A stretch of DNA of 64,000 nucleotides from Candidatus Hydrogenedentota bacterium (GTDB lineage: Bacteria; Hydrogenedentota; Hydrogenedentia; Hydrogenedentales; SLHB01): assembly GCA_963674865.2 (NCBI GenBank), contig CAXXYE010000001.1, positions 192,001 to 256,000 on the forward strand, given 5' to 3'. A model generated the notes under the pieces. That model searched no databases. It was given only the letters and a program-made list of their open reading frames with translations, and was not told the DNA's origin. The translations under genes and the position numbers were made by a program. Below, in pieces: positions 9,535-19,739 of the stretch; positions within the stretch are counted from its first letter, which is position 1, and every line of letters begins with the position of its first letter.

Positions 9535-10080
9535 ATGTACGTTCCGTCGAAGGTTTTTCTCACGCGGGGGGTAGGTCAGCATCGGGAGAAGCTGGCGAGT
9601 TTTGAGATGGCGTTGCGGAAATGCGGCATCGCCCATCTGAATCTGGTGAAGGTTTCGAGCATCCTGCCGCCGTCCTGCAAAATCATTGGTAGGGAGGCGG
9701 GCATCAAGCTACTGAAGCCGGGGCAGGTGGTTCACGTAGTCCTTGCCGAGGCGGCGACAAATGAACCGCGTCGTCTTCTGGCTTCCGCCATCGGCATGGC
9801 GGTGCCGCGTGACAAAGAGCAGTTCGGCTACCTCTCGGAGTTCCACGGATACGGCGTCACCGACGACAAAGCCGGTGAGTATGCGGAGGATCTAGCCGCG
9901 GAGATGTTCGCCACCGTGCTGGGACTCGAATTCGACCCGGCGAAGAGCTGGGATGAGAAACGGGAGCTTTGGCGTATCAGCGGCAAGTTCCTCAAGACTC
10001 GCAATATTGTTCAGAGCGCCTTGGGCCATAAGGAGCGTTGGTGGACCACGACCCTTGCGGCCGCGGTCTTGATTCCGTAG
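9535..10080 (+). CDS. pdaD: Pyruvoyl-dependent arginine decarboxylase
   Basis: SFEMALRKCGIAHLNLVKVSSILPP with the Ser-Ser autocleavage site; GYLSEFHG; AAGGAG RBS. Confidence 0.9.
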   Translation: MYVPSKVFLTRGVGQHREKLASFEMALRKCGIAHLNLVKVSSILPPSCKIIGREAGIKLLKPGQVVHVVLAEAATNEPRRLLASAIGMAVPRDKEQFGYLSEFHGYGVTDDKAGEYAEDLAAEMFATVLGLEFDPAKSWDEKRELWRISGKFLKTRNIVQSALGHKERWWTTTLAAAVLIP

Positions 10081-10092
10081 GGGCTGCGTTTC

Positions 10093-11181
10093 ATGACGCA
10101 ACGAAAATGGCTTTCTGGGGAGCGCATTGCGCCGCCTCCCGTCGCCGCGGGATGGACGGTGGCTGAACTCGTCGACCGCGCGTTCCTCGCGTACAACGGC
10201 GGGCGCCTGCGCGAGGCCTGTCGCGTGTTCGCGGAGAAGATGCTGCGGCCGGATGTGACGATCGGCATGGCCGTGAGCGGCGCGCTGACGCCGGCGGGCC
10301 TGGGGCCCTCGTGCCTCGTTCCGCTTGTGCAACACGGCATGGTGGACTGGCTGGTGAGTACCGGGGCGAATCTCTACCATGATACTCACTTTGCCCTCGA
10401 TATGCCCCTTCACGCCGGCTCTCCCTTCGTCGATGATCGGGCGCTCCGCGAGGATCAGGTGATCCGGATCTACGATATTCTCTTCACGTATGACGTGCTG
10501 CTGGATACGGATCGCTTCTACGCGGAGATACTTCGGGGCGAGCCGTTTCAGCGGACGATGGGCACCGCCGAGTTCCATTATCTTGTCGGGAAGTATTTAG
10601 CCGCACGCGAGGAGGCGCTGGGCACCAAAGGCCGGAGTCTCTTGGTGGCGGCATACGAAGCGGGCGTACCGGTGTACACATCATCCCCGGGAGACAGCTC
10701 TATCGGCATGAATCTGGCCGCCGCGGCTCTGTCCGGGAATGGCTGCCGCATCGATCCGTCCATCGACGTGAACGAAACCGCGGGCATTGTCTACGAGGCG
10801 ACTCGCGCCGGTGAAAGCGCCGTGGTGATTCTCGGGGGCGGCTCCCCGAAGAATTTCGTGCTCCAAACGGAGCCGCACATCCAGGAGATCCTCGGCCTGT
10901 CCGACCAGGGGCATAGCTACTTCATCCAGTTCACCGACGCCCGGCCCGACACGGGCGGGCTGAGTGGCGCGACGCCGTCTGAAGCCGTCAGTTGGGGCAA
11001 AGTGGCGCCGGAGCGTTTGCCCGACACGGTGGTTTGCTATCTGGACACAACCGTCGCGCTCCCCATTCTCACGGCCTATGCCCTCGAAGCCGGGTGTTCC
11101 CGCCCGCCACGGCGTCTGTATGATCGCCGAGAGGAGATCATCACACGGCTCACCGAGGACGTGGGAAGCCAGGGGGCGTAG
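10093..11181 (+). CDS. Deoxyhypusine synthase-like protein (probable homospermidine/aminobutyl transferase, SpeY-like)
   Basis: [51 protein letters not shown]. Confidence 0.9.
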   Translation: MTQRKWLSGERIAPPPVAAGWTVAELVDRAFLAYNGGRLREACRVFAEKMLRPDVTIGMAVSGALTPAGLGPSCLVPLVQHGMVDWLVSTGANLYHDTHFALDMPLHAGSPFVDDRALREDQVIRIYDILFTYDVLLDTDRFYAEILRGEPFQRTMGTAEFHYLVGKYLAAREEALGTKGRSLLVAAYEAGVPVYTSSPGDSSIGMNLAAAALSGNGCRIDPSIDVNETAGIVYEATRAGESAVVILGGGSPKNFVLQTEPHIQEILGLSDQGHSYFIQFTDARPDTGGLSGATPSEAVSWGKVAPERLPDTVVCYLDTTVALPILTAYALEAGCSRPPRRLYDRREEIITRLTEDVGSQGA

Positions 11182-11209
11182 CCTCATGGCGTCGTCCGGG
11201 ATGTAGCCG

Positions 11210-12115
11210 ATGTATCTAGGTGAAGACGAGAACTTCCTGGCATTGACGGAAGCCGATTGCCGTCCGGAGCGAGCGGGGGTGGTTATACTCCCGGTTCCCT
11301 TCGAGGCGACGTCCTCCTATGGCACAGGTTCACAACACGGGCCGGCCGCAATCATCGAGGCATCGAGAGAGGTGGAGCTCTACGATGCCGCGTTGGGATT
11401 CGAGCCGTGTATCGCGGCGGGAGGCATCGCGACCCGGCCCTTTCTCGACGTGGGAGGCTGCAATGGCCCGGCCCTCGCCGAACGGCTTCACGGAGAAGTG
11501 CGGAAATGGCTCGAAGCCGGGAAGTTCGTCATCGCTCTTGGCGGCGAACACACCTCCGTGATCGGCGCTGTTCGGGCACACTGCGAAGGCCGCGATGACG
11601 TGACGGTGCTCCAACTTGACGCCCACAGCGACCTCCGCCCCGCCTATCTGGACGATCCGTGGAATCACGCATGTGCCATGGCGCGCGTTCTGGATTTCTG
11701 TCCAAGTCTGGTGCAGGTGGGCATTCGCAGCCAGTGCCGCGAGGAGTGCTCGGCGGCGGCCCAGCACAACGTACGGGCCTTTTTCGCGCACGATATCCAT
11801 GCCGCGGACGAGCGGGGGGAGGACTGGATTGGCGAGATGCTGGGCGCGTTGAGCGGGCATGTCTATGTAACGCTCGACTGCGATGTCTTCGACCCGGCCG
11901 TTATTCCTGCGACGGGCACGCCTGAACCGGGCGGCCTGACATGGCGGCAAGTGACAACACTTCTGGCGCGCCTGTGCTCGGAGCGCCAAGTCATTGGACT
12001 GGATGTGAGTGAGCTGGCTCCAATCCCGGGAGTGCACCATCCCCAGTTCACCATCGCAAAGCTCATCTATCAATTCATTGGCTTCCGGTTTGGTTCTTCG
12101 CCGCGCGGTGCTTGA
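11210..12115 (+). CDS. speB: Agmatinase / ureohydrolase
   Basis: GGEHT, DAHSD, DCDVFDP, GTPEPGG. Confidence 0.9.
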   Translation: MYLGEDENFLALTEADCRPERAGVVILPVPFEATSSYGTGSQHGPAAIIEASREVELYDAALGFEPCIAAGGIATRPFLDVGGCNGPALAERLHGEVRKWLEAGKFVIALGGEHTSVIGAVRAHCEGRDDVTVLQLDAHSDLRPAYLDDPWNHACAMARVLDFCPSLVQVGIRSQCREECSAAAQHNVRAFFAHDIHAADERGEDWIGEMLGALSGHVYVTLDCDVFDPAVIPATGTPEPGGLTWRQVTTLLARLCSERQVIGLDVSELAPIPGVHHPQFTIAKLIYQFIGFRFGSSPRGA

Positions 12116-12349
12116 AGCGCATGTGATCCTTGCCACGATTCCCGGAGCGATGGAAGCAGGATTTCGCCGGATCTCGCTACCGTTCCCCGGTGGCCGAATT
12201 GCCGATTGTGCCGCGCGTCAAGTCATTGGAAACAAAGAGACTGTCGAAAAGGCTGGCCTCACCCATCCGGTGAATCGCTTTCGGAATACGGCGGCGTATC
12301 CAAGTGCCGTGTGCACGGCACCGTTGAGTTATCCGGCGATTGCGGACCC

Positions 12350-13491
12350 CCACAATCAAGTTCTAAGTGCACAGAGGTGCGTTTGCCGCTGTAGCTGGAA
12401 GACTTGGGCTGGCGTTCTGAATCCCAGACATTTCCTTGGCCGATTGTTTATCCTCTCGACGATGTAGTCGATCTGGTCTTGTGTAAGGTTCTGGAAGCTT
12501 GTGCCTTTGGGCAGGTAGCGACGGATGCGTCCGTTGACCTGCTCGTTGCTTCCACGCTGGTAGGCGGCGTAGGGGTCGGCGAAGTACACGTCGACACCCA
12601 ACTGCTGCGACAGGGTCTGGTGGTCACTGAATTCGGTGCCGTTGTCGAAGGTGATGGATTTCACCCAGGAGATGGGCCGTTCCATGAGGACTTGTATGAC
12701 GGCCTGGCTGACTTCCTTGGCGCGCTTGCTCTGGACTTTCACCGCCTCCAGTAGGCGTGAAGTGCGCTCAACCCGTGTTACGATGAAGCCGTCTTGTCCT
12801 TTCCCCACGACCAAGTCCCCTTCCCAATGACCAATCTCCTTGCGTTCCTCCACGGCGGCCGGACGCTCCTCGATACCCACGCGGTTCGGGATCGAGGTGC
12901 CCCGCCGGCCTTTCTGCTGGCCCCGTTTCTGGCGGGTCCGACGCTTCTGAGGAAGGTAGTCCTGAAGGTAATCAAGATGGTGACGGTTGGCGTAGATGGC
13001 GCTGTAGAGGGTTTCCGGGCACACCCGCATCTTCGGAGCTTGCGGGAAGTCCAGTTGCAGGCAGCCCGATACCAGTTCAGGACTGAGTTCCTCCACGGCG
13101 ATCTTCTCTTCCACGTACTCGCGCAGGGGTTCGTGGGCCAGCCGGCCCTTGGGGCGACAGGCCTTGCGACGCTCCTCATAAAGGGCCTGCGCCTTTTCGG
13201 CGTCATAGCTACCGGCCGTCGAGTTGCGCGTCAGCTCACGGCCCACGCTGGATGCATGACGGCCCAGCATCCGGCCAATGGCGGAATGCGAGTGCCCCTG
13301 CTGATGAAGAAGCTCGATCTGCGCACGTTCCATTACGGTAAACTGGGTGTAAGACATCGGGACTCCTTTTCGGTGCTGGTTGTGTAGGAACTCCCAGAAT
13401 ACAGAACTGGGCCCGATGTCTTCCTTTCATCTCCCTGCTGCGCTCCCTACAGCGGCAAACACTCCGCTGTGCACTTAGTATTGGAATCTGC
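12350..13491 (-). mobile_element. IS30-family insertion sequence (~1.14 kb)
   Basis: IS30 transposase flanked by inverted repeats: 12363-12394 versus the reverse complement of 13447-13478 match 29/32, with weaker similarity extending to ~12350/13491. Target duplication not resolved. Confidence 0.92.
12356..13357 (-). CDS. IS30-family DDE transposase
   Basis: HTH (SAIGRMLGRHASSVGRELTRN), GHWEGDLV, TFDNGTEF, QRGSNEQVNGRIRRYLPKG, NNRPRKCLG. Confidence 0.95.
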   Translation of the reverse strand: MSYTQFTVMERAQIELLHQQGHSHSAIGRMLGRHASSVGRELTRNSTAGSYDAEKAQALYEERRKACRPKGRLAHEPLREYVEEKIAVEELSPELVSGCLQLDFPQAPKMRVCPETLYSAIYANRHHLDYLQDYLPQKRRTRQKRGQQKGRRGTSIPNRVGIEERPAAVEERKEIGHWEGDLVVGKGQDGFIVTRVERTSRLLEAVKVQSKRAKEVSQAVIQVLMERPISWVKSITFDNGTEFSDHQTLSQQLGVDVYFADPYAAYQRGSNEQVNGRIRRYLPKGTSFQNLTQDQIDYIVERINNRPRKCLGFRTPAQVFQLQRQTHLCALRT

Positions 13492-13500
13492 AACCGTTCA

Positions 13501-13529
13501 TTGCGCTGGAATCGGTTGTAGGCTATGAT
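13501..13529 (+). promoter_or_regulatory. Candidate sigma70 promoter of pilT
   Basis: TTGCGC-N17-TATGAT, just outside the IS30 end. Confidence 0.5.
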
Positions 13530-13585
13530 GTCTATTGTCGGCCGATGTGTCCGCATATTGTATACGTAAATGGAAGGAGTCCCGC

Positions 13586-14639
13586 ATGGAGCTAAAGGAA
13601 CTCTTTGATTTGGTGTTCAAAGAGAACGCGTCGGATCTTCTCATCAGTGCGGGCGCCCCGCCGACCCTGCGGGTCAACGGGCAGCTTCTTCGTACCAAGG
13701 CGGATGCGATGACGGCCGAGCAAACCAAGAAGATGATCTACGGCGCGCTGACGAAAGAGCAGCAGGACAAGTTTGAGCAGGAGAGGGAACTCGACCTCTC
13801 GATGGCTGTCGGGCGGAAGCACCGGTTTCGCGTCAACATCTACTACCAGAAACAGGCCGTGACGGCGGCGTTCCGACCCATCCCGGAGGAGATCCCATCG
13901 CTCGAAGAGCTGGGCCTGCCGCCCGACGTCAAAGCATGGACGAAAGCTTCGCAGGGGCTGATCCTGGTGACGGGCCCGACGGGGCATGGGAAGACAACCA
14001 CCCAGGCGGCGTTCATCAACGTGATCAATGAGGCGCGCGCCTGCCACGTGATCACCATTGAAGATCCCATCGAGTACGTTCACCACCACAAGAAGAGCAT
14101 CGTGGACCAGCGCGAGGTCGGGGAGGATACGCTCGGCTTTCACGAGGCCCAGCGCCGTGTGCTGCGCCAGGATCCGGACGTTATCCTCATCGGTGAGATG
14201 CGTGACCTGGTAACGATTCAGGCTGCCCTGCGCGCGGCCGAGACGGGCCACCTGGTCCTTGCCACGCTGCACACCAACGACGCGATCCAGACGGTGGACC
14301 GCGTGATCGACGTCTTTCCGGGGGACCAGCAGCACCAGATCCGCTTCCAGTTGTCCATGACGCTGCTGGCCATAGTCTCGCAGCGGCTGCTGCCGCGGGC
14401 GGACGGCGAGGGCCGGATTCTGGCGTGTGAACTCCTGAAGAACAACACCGCCATCGCCAATCTCATTCGAGAGGGCAAGACCCACCAGGTCTACAGCGTG
14501 ATGGAGACGGCCACGAAGGAAGGCATGCGAACCATGGACAGGTCCATCAAGGAGTTGTACATGAAGGGGGGAGATCAACTACGATGATGCGGTCGCCCAT
14601 GTGCGTAACGCCAAGGATCTCATGGATGTAGGCGCCTGA
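13586..14639 (+). CDS. pilT: Type IV pilus retraction ATPase; apparent +1 frameshift in a G6 run near the 3' end
   Basis: GPTGHGKTT, TIEDPIE, LRQDPDVILIGEMRD, TLHTN, AIANLIRE. As sequenced it stops at 14587; removing one G at 14566-14571 gives a PilT-like tail KGEINYDDAVAHVRNAKDLMDVGA*. Confidence 0.88.
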
Positions 14640-14643
14640 CGAC

Positions 14644-14671
14644 GGAACCTTTTAGTATGACAGAGCATTAA
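14644..14671 (+). promoter_or_regulatory. Candidate ECF-type promoter of the sigma/anti-sigma operon
   Basis: GGAACC-N16-CATTAA upstream of the ECF gene. Confidence 0.35.
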
Positions 14672-14712
14672 TCTTTGTGCGGCGAGGGAATGGTTTGAAA
14701 CGCAGAAAGCGG

Positions 14713-15396
14713 ATGTCTGGAATGGCGGAAGGATTGTCGCGCACAGTTAAGTCGAGCCACGTGAGTCATTTACGTGTCTTGTCTCAAGAGGCCGAGTCCG
14801 TTCGTGAACGCGCCGATGAAGACCTTATGCTGGCCCACGGAGAGGGTTCGGAGGAGGCCTTCGAGGAACTTGTCCGGCGTCATCAGAGGGGTGTCCTGAA
14901 CTATATGTACCGCATGGTGCAGAACAGGCACATTGCCGAGGAATTGACCCAGGAGGTCTTTCTGGCGCTTGTCAAGAACGGGCAGCGGTACCGGCCCATG
15001 GCGAAGTTCACGACGTATCTCTACGCCATTGCGTCCAATATTGTCTCAAAGGAATGGCTGCGCCGGAAACGCCGTCCGAGAGTCTTCAGTTTGTCGAGTT
15101 TTTGGGGCCGGCATGGTGAAGAAGAGGACTGCAATCCCCTGGAACACCTGGGCGACGAGCGAGCCAACGTCCTCGGTGCGTTCCAGCGCGGTGAGGTGTC
15201 GGAGGCGGTGAATGAGGCCCTGACGTATCTGCCTAGGCACCAGCGGGAAGCGTTCGTGCTGCACCGTTTTCAGGACCTCTCCTACGAAGAGGTATCACAA
15301 ATAACCAACGCGCCTATCGGTACGGTGAAGTCGCGGGTAGTGAGGGCCGAGCGCGCGTTGCGTCCGCATCTTGAGGAATTTCGTGAATACGTGTGA
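14713..15396 (+). CDS. ECF sigma-70 factor (SigW/RpoE-like); start uncertain
   Basis: AFEELVRRH, AEELTQEVFL, FTTYLYAIASN, LSYEEVSQI...IGTVKSRV. Confidence 0.92.
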   Translation: MSGMAEGLSRTVKSSHVSHLRVLSQEAESVRERADEDLMLAHGEGSEEAFEELVRRHQRGVLNYMYRMVQNRHIAEELTQEVFLALVKNGQRYRPMAKFTTYLYAIASNIVSKEWLRRKRRPRVFSLSSFWGRHGEEEDCNPLEHLGDERANVLGAFQRGEVSEAVNEALTYLPRHQREAFVLHRFQDLSYEEVSQITNAPIGTVKSRVVRAERALRPHLEEFREYV

Positions 15397-15409
15397 GGGG
15401 GCGGTAAGG

Positions 15410-16073
15410 TTGCGACATCCAGCCCGACATGAACTCTTTGCCTTGGCCGAGAGTCTTGTTGATCGGCGAGGAACTGTGCCGGTGAAGACGGCAGCGCATG
15501 TCAAGGCCTGTTAAGGCTTGCGGCGCGGAAGTCCAGGCCATGCGCCGTTCTCTGGCGTTTGTTTCTGAGGCACAGGACCTGCAAGTGTCTTGCTCGATGA
15601 GCGTTCAACTGAACCTGGCGGTGAAGGAGCAACTCAAGGCTGCACGAAAGCACCGGAACCGCCGCCGGTCGATGGTGGCGTTGGCCAAGGGCTTGGCGTA
15701 TGCAGCCGGGTTGGTTCTCGTCGCGGCGGTGTGTTATACGGCGGCCCTTAGCGATCAGACGCCCGCAAGGGCGCGCTCGGCGGCTGGGCCGGCACGTGTG
15801 ACGGTGGCCGGACCTTCACCGGAAGCTATTCGGAAGGCTGCCGCCGAGATTGAAGCGCTGGCGGCTGCCGTGACGTATCCGGTTCAAAGGCCGGGGAGCC
15901 TGTGGGAACGTGAATGCCGCCGGGCGGTGCGCACATTCAACGACGACCTCGGGGCGGCGGCCGCCGCGCTCGAGCGGAATCCGGGGTGCGCCCGGGCCAG
16001 ATCTCTGATACAAACCAGTATGAAGCGTCAGGCGGATACACTCAGGACGTTGTACGTGGAACGAACGCTATAG
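15410..16073 (+). pseudogene. Zinc-binding (ZAS, HxxxCxxC) transmembrane anti-sigma factor, split by an apparent +1 frameshift (possibly a sequencing error)
   Basis: TTG start after GAGGGG. Removing one T at 15511-15512 gives HVKACKAC in frame with ORF 15498..16073, which has a TM helix (LAYAAGLVLVAAVCY). Confidence 0.7.
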
Positions 16074-16080
16074 GGGCTGC

Positions 16081-18010
16081 ATGGCTCCCTTTCGACGTAT
16101 ATGCGCCGGGTCGATCATCCTGGCGTGCTTTTTTTCGCCAGGAACCGCGCATGGCGAGCAGGGCCTCTTCAGGCGCGTCCGCGACGTGTTCGAGGGCATC
16201 AGCCGGCGGCTGAATGACGTGGGGGAGCGCGCGGAAGGCCTGCTGGGCGAGGGCCTCGGGCTGGGCGATATCGACCAAGTGGATTTCACCGGCCTGGTTA
16301 CCGTTCCTCGCGAGATCAACGAGAGATATCCGTCCATCCTTCCTCCCTTGTATCAATTACCAACGAATTCGGTGAGATTCGGGTGGATTCGTGGGAAAAC
16401 CAAGTGGTCCAGGTTCTTGCGGAGGTGACGGTGGGCGCGGAATCGGTCGAAGTGGCGGCGGGAATCGCGGAGTCAATCGATATCCACGTCGACCACAGCA
16501 AAGACCGTGTCGAAGTGAAGACCATTCTTCCGGATACGCGCGACCTCGGAAGGGTAGCCATCGAGGTCAACTACGCCGTGACGATCCCTCGCGATGCCGG
16601 CCTTGTGTGTGAGAACACCCTCGGGGATACCGTGGTACGCAATGTGGGCGGGGACCTGAGCGCGAAGACCCGGTTTGGGATAGTGGACATCCGCGAAGTG
16701 GGGGGTATTGCGCACGTATGGGCCCGGGGCGAGTTCCCACTGCAAGCCCATCGGCTCAGGCAGGGGGGCGTTTTTGTTCTCAGCGGGACGCAGGCGGAAT
16801 TTGGCGAAGTGGGCGGCAAACTCCAAGTGAGCAATTATCGGGGGGCGGTGACAATTAGGGATCTCCTGCCGGAAGTCGAACTCGACGTTACATCCGAGAA
16901 CGGCCCGATCCACCTCTACCTGGCGGACGGTGCGTCGCCGGACCTGGAGGCGAGCGTCTTGCTGGGCACAATTGTATCCGATGTCCCCTTGCGGCGTGCG
17001 ACGCTCAGTGCCTTCACTTTGGCGCGTGATGGCCGGCCGGAGGCGACGCAACGGGCAATGCTTCACGCCACGTTTAGCGAAGTTGTCATACACAGGGAAG
17101 GGCTGAAGGCCGACGAAGAGGCTACCGGGCCGGCGGAAACGGAACTCGTGAAGCGCACCGTCACGGCGGATGCCCCTGTGGGCGAAGGGGGCGAGGTGGT
17201 CGTTGACGCCGTGATCGGCGATGTCCGCGTCGAGGGAGTGGATGAAGACGTTCTTACAGTCTCGGCCAGCCAGCTTGTGCGGCTGCGGTCCAACGCCAGT
17301 ACGGCCGACGCGCAGTCGGCGCTGGACGCCCTGGAACTGAAGATCGAGGAGGCCGGAGGCCGTCTACGTGTCCGGACGTCGGCTAGGGATGACTTGACGG
17401 CGTTTGGATGCGCGGGCTATCGCGTCGACCTGGACATCCGGTGTCCCCGTACCTCTCCGCTCAAACTGCAGGTGCAAAACGGACATACCTCCGTCGAATC
17501 GACGGGCGGCTCGGTTACTATTGAGCCAGGCTGCCGGCAGCGTGCACGTCGAGCACGTCAAAGGGCCGCTGGACATCACGAATCACAAGGGGGACGTGGA
17601 AGTTGTCGATTGCGCGGGCCCGGCCGAAGTGGCTGCGGCTTACGGCATCGCCACCATTCGGAATCTGTTCGGCCCCGCAACCGTAAGCTGTGAACAAGGC
17701 AAAACCGTGATCGACGCGGCCCGGGCCGGGGTGATCGTGCGCAACCGGGGGGGGGGATGTGCGGATTATCGCCCTCGACGGCATTGGCGGCGACTACGAC
17801 GTCTTGGCCGAGCAGGGAAACTTGAGCATCGTTCTGCCTCAAGACGCCGATGCCATTGTGCTTGTAACCGCCCAGAACGGACTCGTATACAGCGCCCTGC
17901 CCATGACGGGCGGTATTGAAAAGGGCCTTCAGAAGTTCCAGACGCGTCTCAGTAGCGGCGCGTTCCGCGTCGCGCTGGAGACGCGAGAGGGCAACGTTGT
18001 CATTGACTGA
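16081..18010 (+). pseudogene. Exported DUF4097/adhesin-like beta-repeat protein split by three apparent frameshifts (possibly sequencing errors)
   Basis: Signal peptide; four overlapping ORFs join at ~16331 (-1), ~17526 (+1) and the G10 run 17747-17756 (+1) into ~642 aa with repeated TNEFGEI / TSENGPI / TNHKGDV / ETREGNV motifs. Confidence 0.75.
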
Positions 18011-18103
18011 GGGCCTGTGAAGAACGGGAAAAGGGACACGTAGTCGCGCCCGGGCTGCGCTTGGAACATGTCCCCTTTTACTCCGGCATTGCTTCACAGG
18101 CTC
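18011..18103. mobile_element. 93-bp MITE-like element
   Basis: Terminal inverted repeats GGGCCTGTGAAG / CTTCACAGGCTC (11/12), TGA on both flanks (18008-18010, 18104-18106), internal inverted repeat 18029-18041 / 18066-18079. Confidence 0.6.
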
Positions 18104-18116
18104 TGAGCCGTCGTGG

Positions 18117-19409
18117 CTAACTCTCCCAAACGGTTTGAGCCGCAGCCGCGAATCTCTTGACAACATCCGTGTTTTCGAACCACGGATGGCCCTTGATATA
18201 GGTGCGCACCTTGTTCCGGAAGGGCTTCCACCAATGCTCCGGGATGCCGCGCGCGCCGAGGATGGCGCCCAAGATCGAGCCTGCGGTCGCCGCCGTACAG
18301 TCATTGTCCAATCCCATGGCCACCGTCATGCCGATGGTCTTGGTGAAGTCCTTCCCGCCGAGCAACAAGCCGAAGATGGTTAGGCAGGCGTTGTTGTTGG
18401 TGTGGACGGAGTGCATGCCCTTGAACCGCTCATCCACCGCTTCACGCGCCGCGCGCCAAGAGCGAAGGTCCGGTGCCGTCCTAAACGCCCATCGTATATC
18501 CTTCGCGAGCCGGCATCCCTTCGGTATCTCCGTCAGGCCTATCTCGAGCGCTTCTTGCGGTTCGGAAACGGCAAAGGCGGCCGAGATCGCCGCGGCGAAG
18601 AACATGGCTCCATAGATGCCGTTTTGGCGATGCGAGATATAGGCGTCTCGATAGGCCATTTCGGCCGCCCGCTCGGGCCAGCCCGGCGCCGCGTAGCCCC
18701 ACGGGTCGCTGCGTATGTCCGCGCCGATCCATTCCTGGTACGGATTACCATCTGCGGCCGCAGCTGCGGGAACGCCGCTGCGAAGATGGGCTAGGGCATA
18801 TTCCTCCGCTGTGCAGGCCTCGGGCAGGTGCTTCACCCAGGCTCGGCCGACATCGTCGTATGTGAAGCCGGGGCCGTACTTCTCGAGGATCAAGAGGCCC
18901 AGCAGAGTGTACGTCAGGTCGTCGTCAACGGGGATGTAGCGAATGTGGCCTTTGAGATACTCGCGAAAGGTGTCGGCGCCGTAGCGCTTGTGCTCGGGCT
19001 GCGGGTGGCCGGGCCAGTAGTCGTCGGGTGGGAAGGCTGCCTCATGGCGTTGAGCCAGTGCCTCCATGTCTGCCACGGGCCAGCCCTCGACGGGCGCGCC
19101 AAGTGTGCACCCTGCCGCGCGGCCGAGCCATGCGCCTTTCAGGCGGCTTGCCAGTCCGGCGCGACGGAACTCCGTCCAGATCTGGCGGGGGCCCTTCGGG
19201 CGCAGCGACTGGATCTCGGCCAATTCATTTGGTTCCGTAGCCAACGCCGGGCCATCCGGCTCCTGCGCTCGCAGTTTCCTGCGGGCACGCTTCAGCTCTT
19301 TGTGCAAATGCTTGATTGTGGCTTTGACCTTAGTCCCTTGTTCGTGGCGAAGGTCTGCCCACAGAGTCACTTCTCTTAGGAGTTCATGAAGATCCTCGAA
19401 ATACGGCAT
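18117..19409 (-). CDS. ADP-ribosylglycohydrolase family protein
   Basis: GAWLGRAAGCTLGAPVEG, VDDDLTYT, DNDCTAATAGSILG; start reassigned to ATG 19409 (GGAGGA RBS). Confidence 0.88.
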   Translation of the reverse strand: MPYFEDLHELLREVTLWADLRHEQGTKVKATIKHLHKELKRARRKLRAQEPDGPALATEPNELAEIQSLRPKGPRQIWTEFRRAGLASRLKGAWLGRAAGCTLGAPVEGWPVADMEALAQRHEAAFPPDDYWPGHPQPEHKRYGADTFREYLKGHIRYIPVDDDLTYTLLGLLILEKYGPGFTYDDVGRAWVKHLPEACTAEEYALAHLRSGVPAAAAADGNPYQEWIGADIRSDPWGYAAPGWPERAAEMAYRDAYISHRQNGIYGAMFFAAAISAAFAVSEPQEALEIGLTEIPKGCRLAKDIRWAFRTAPDLRSWRAAREAVDERFKGMHSVHTNNNACLTIFGLLLGGKDFTKTIGMTVAMGLDNDCTAATAGSILGAILGARGIPEHWWKPFRNKVRTYIKGHPWFENTDVVKRFAAAAQTVWES

Positions 19410-19739
19410 GGCAGTCCTCCCGCTTCTCCTGGAGTGGCCCCGCGCTACCTTGGGGACATGCAGCATACCATGACAATGGCCACAGCCGGTAGATCATACT
19501 CTCGTAAAAGCCAGTGAGATGATGGGGGGAGTGTGCGGATGACGGGCTGGATTCCGGGCCGTGATATCTGGTTGAGAATTTTGGGGATGTAAGCAGGGGG
19601 GGGGATGTTGAGACGAGGTGGGGGTGGGCTGGAGTGAGGATTACGAGGGCAAAGAGCCTGGAGGGATTCCGCAGCAATCCACACGCGTGCCGCAGGAATA
19701 AGGCGTTCAAGAGCTCGTCGACGCTTTTCTCGAAAGCGC

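Noticed and set aside
12304..12321. Palindrome GTGCCGTG-TG-CACGGCAC as a REP
   Set aside because: Only one copy noticed and no U tract; cannot be assigned
15509..15514. Stop-codon readthrough or recoding in the anti-sigma gene
   Set aside because: The continuation is in a different frame, so an indel rather than readthrough is needed
19583..19628. G-tract cluster as a G-quadruplex
   Set aside because: Long irregular loops, homopolymer lengths are unreliable here, and there is no functional context
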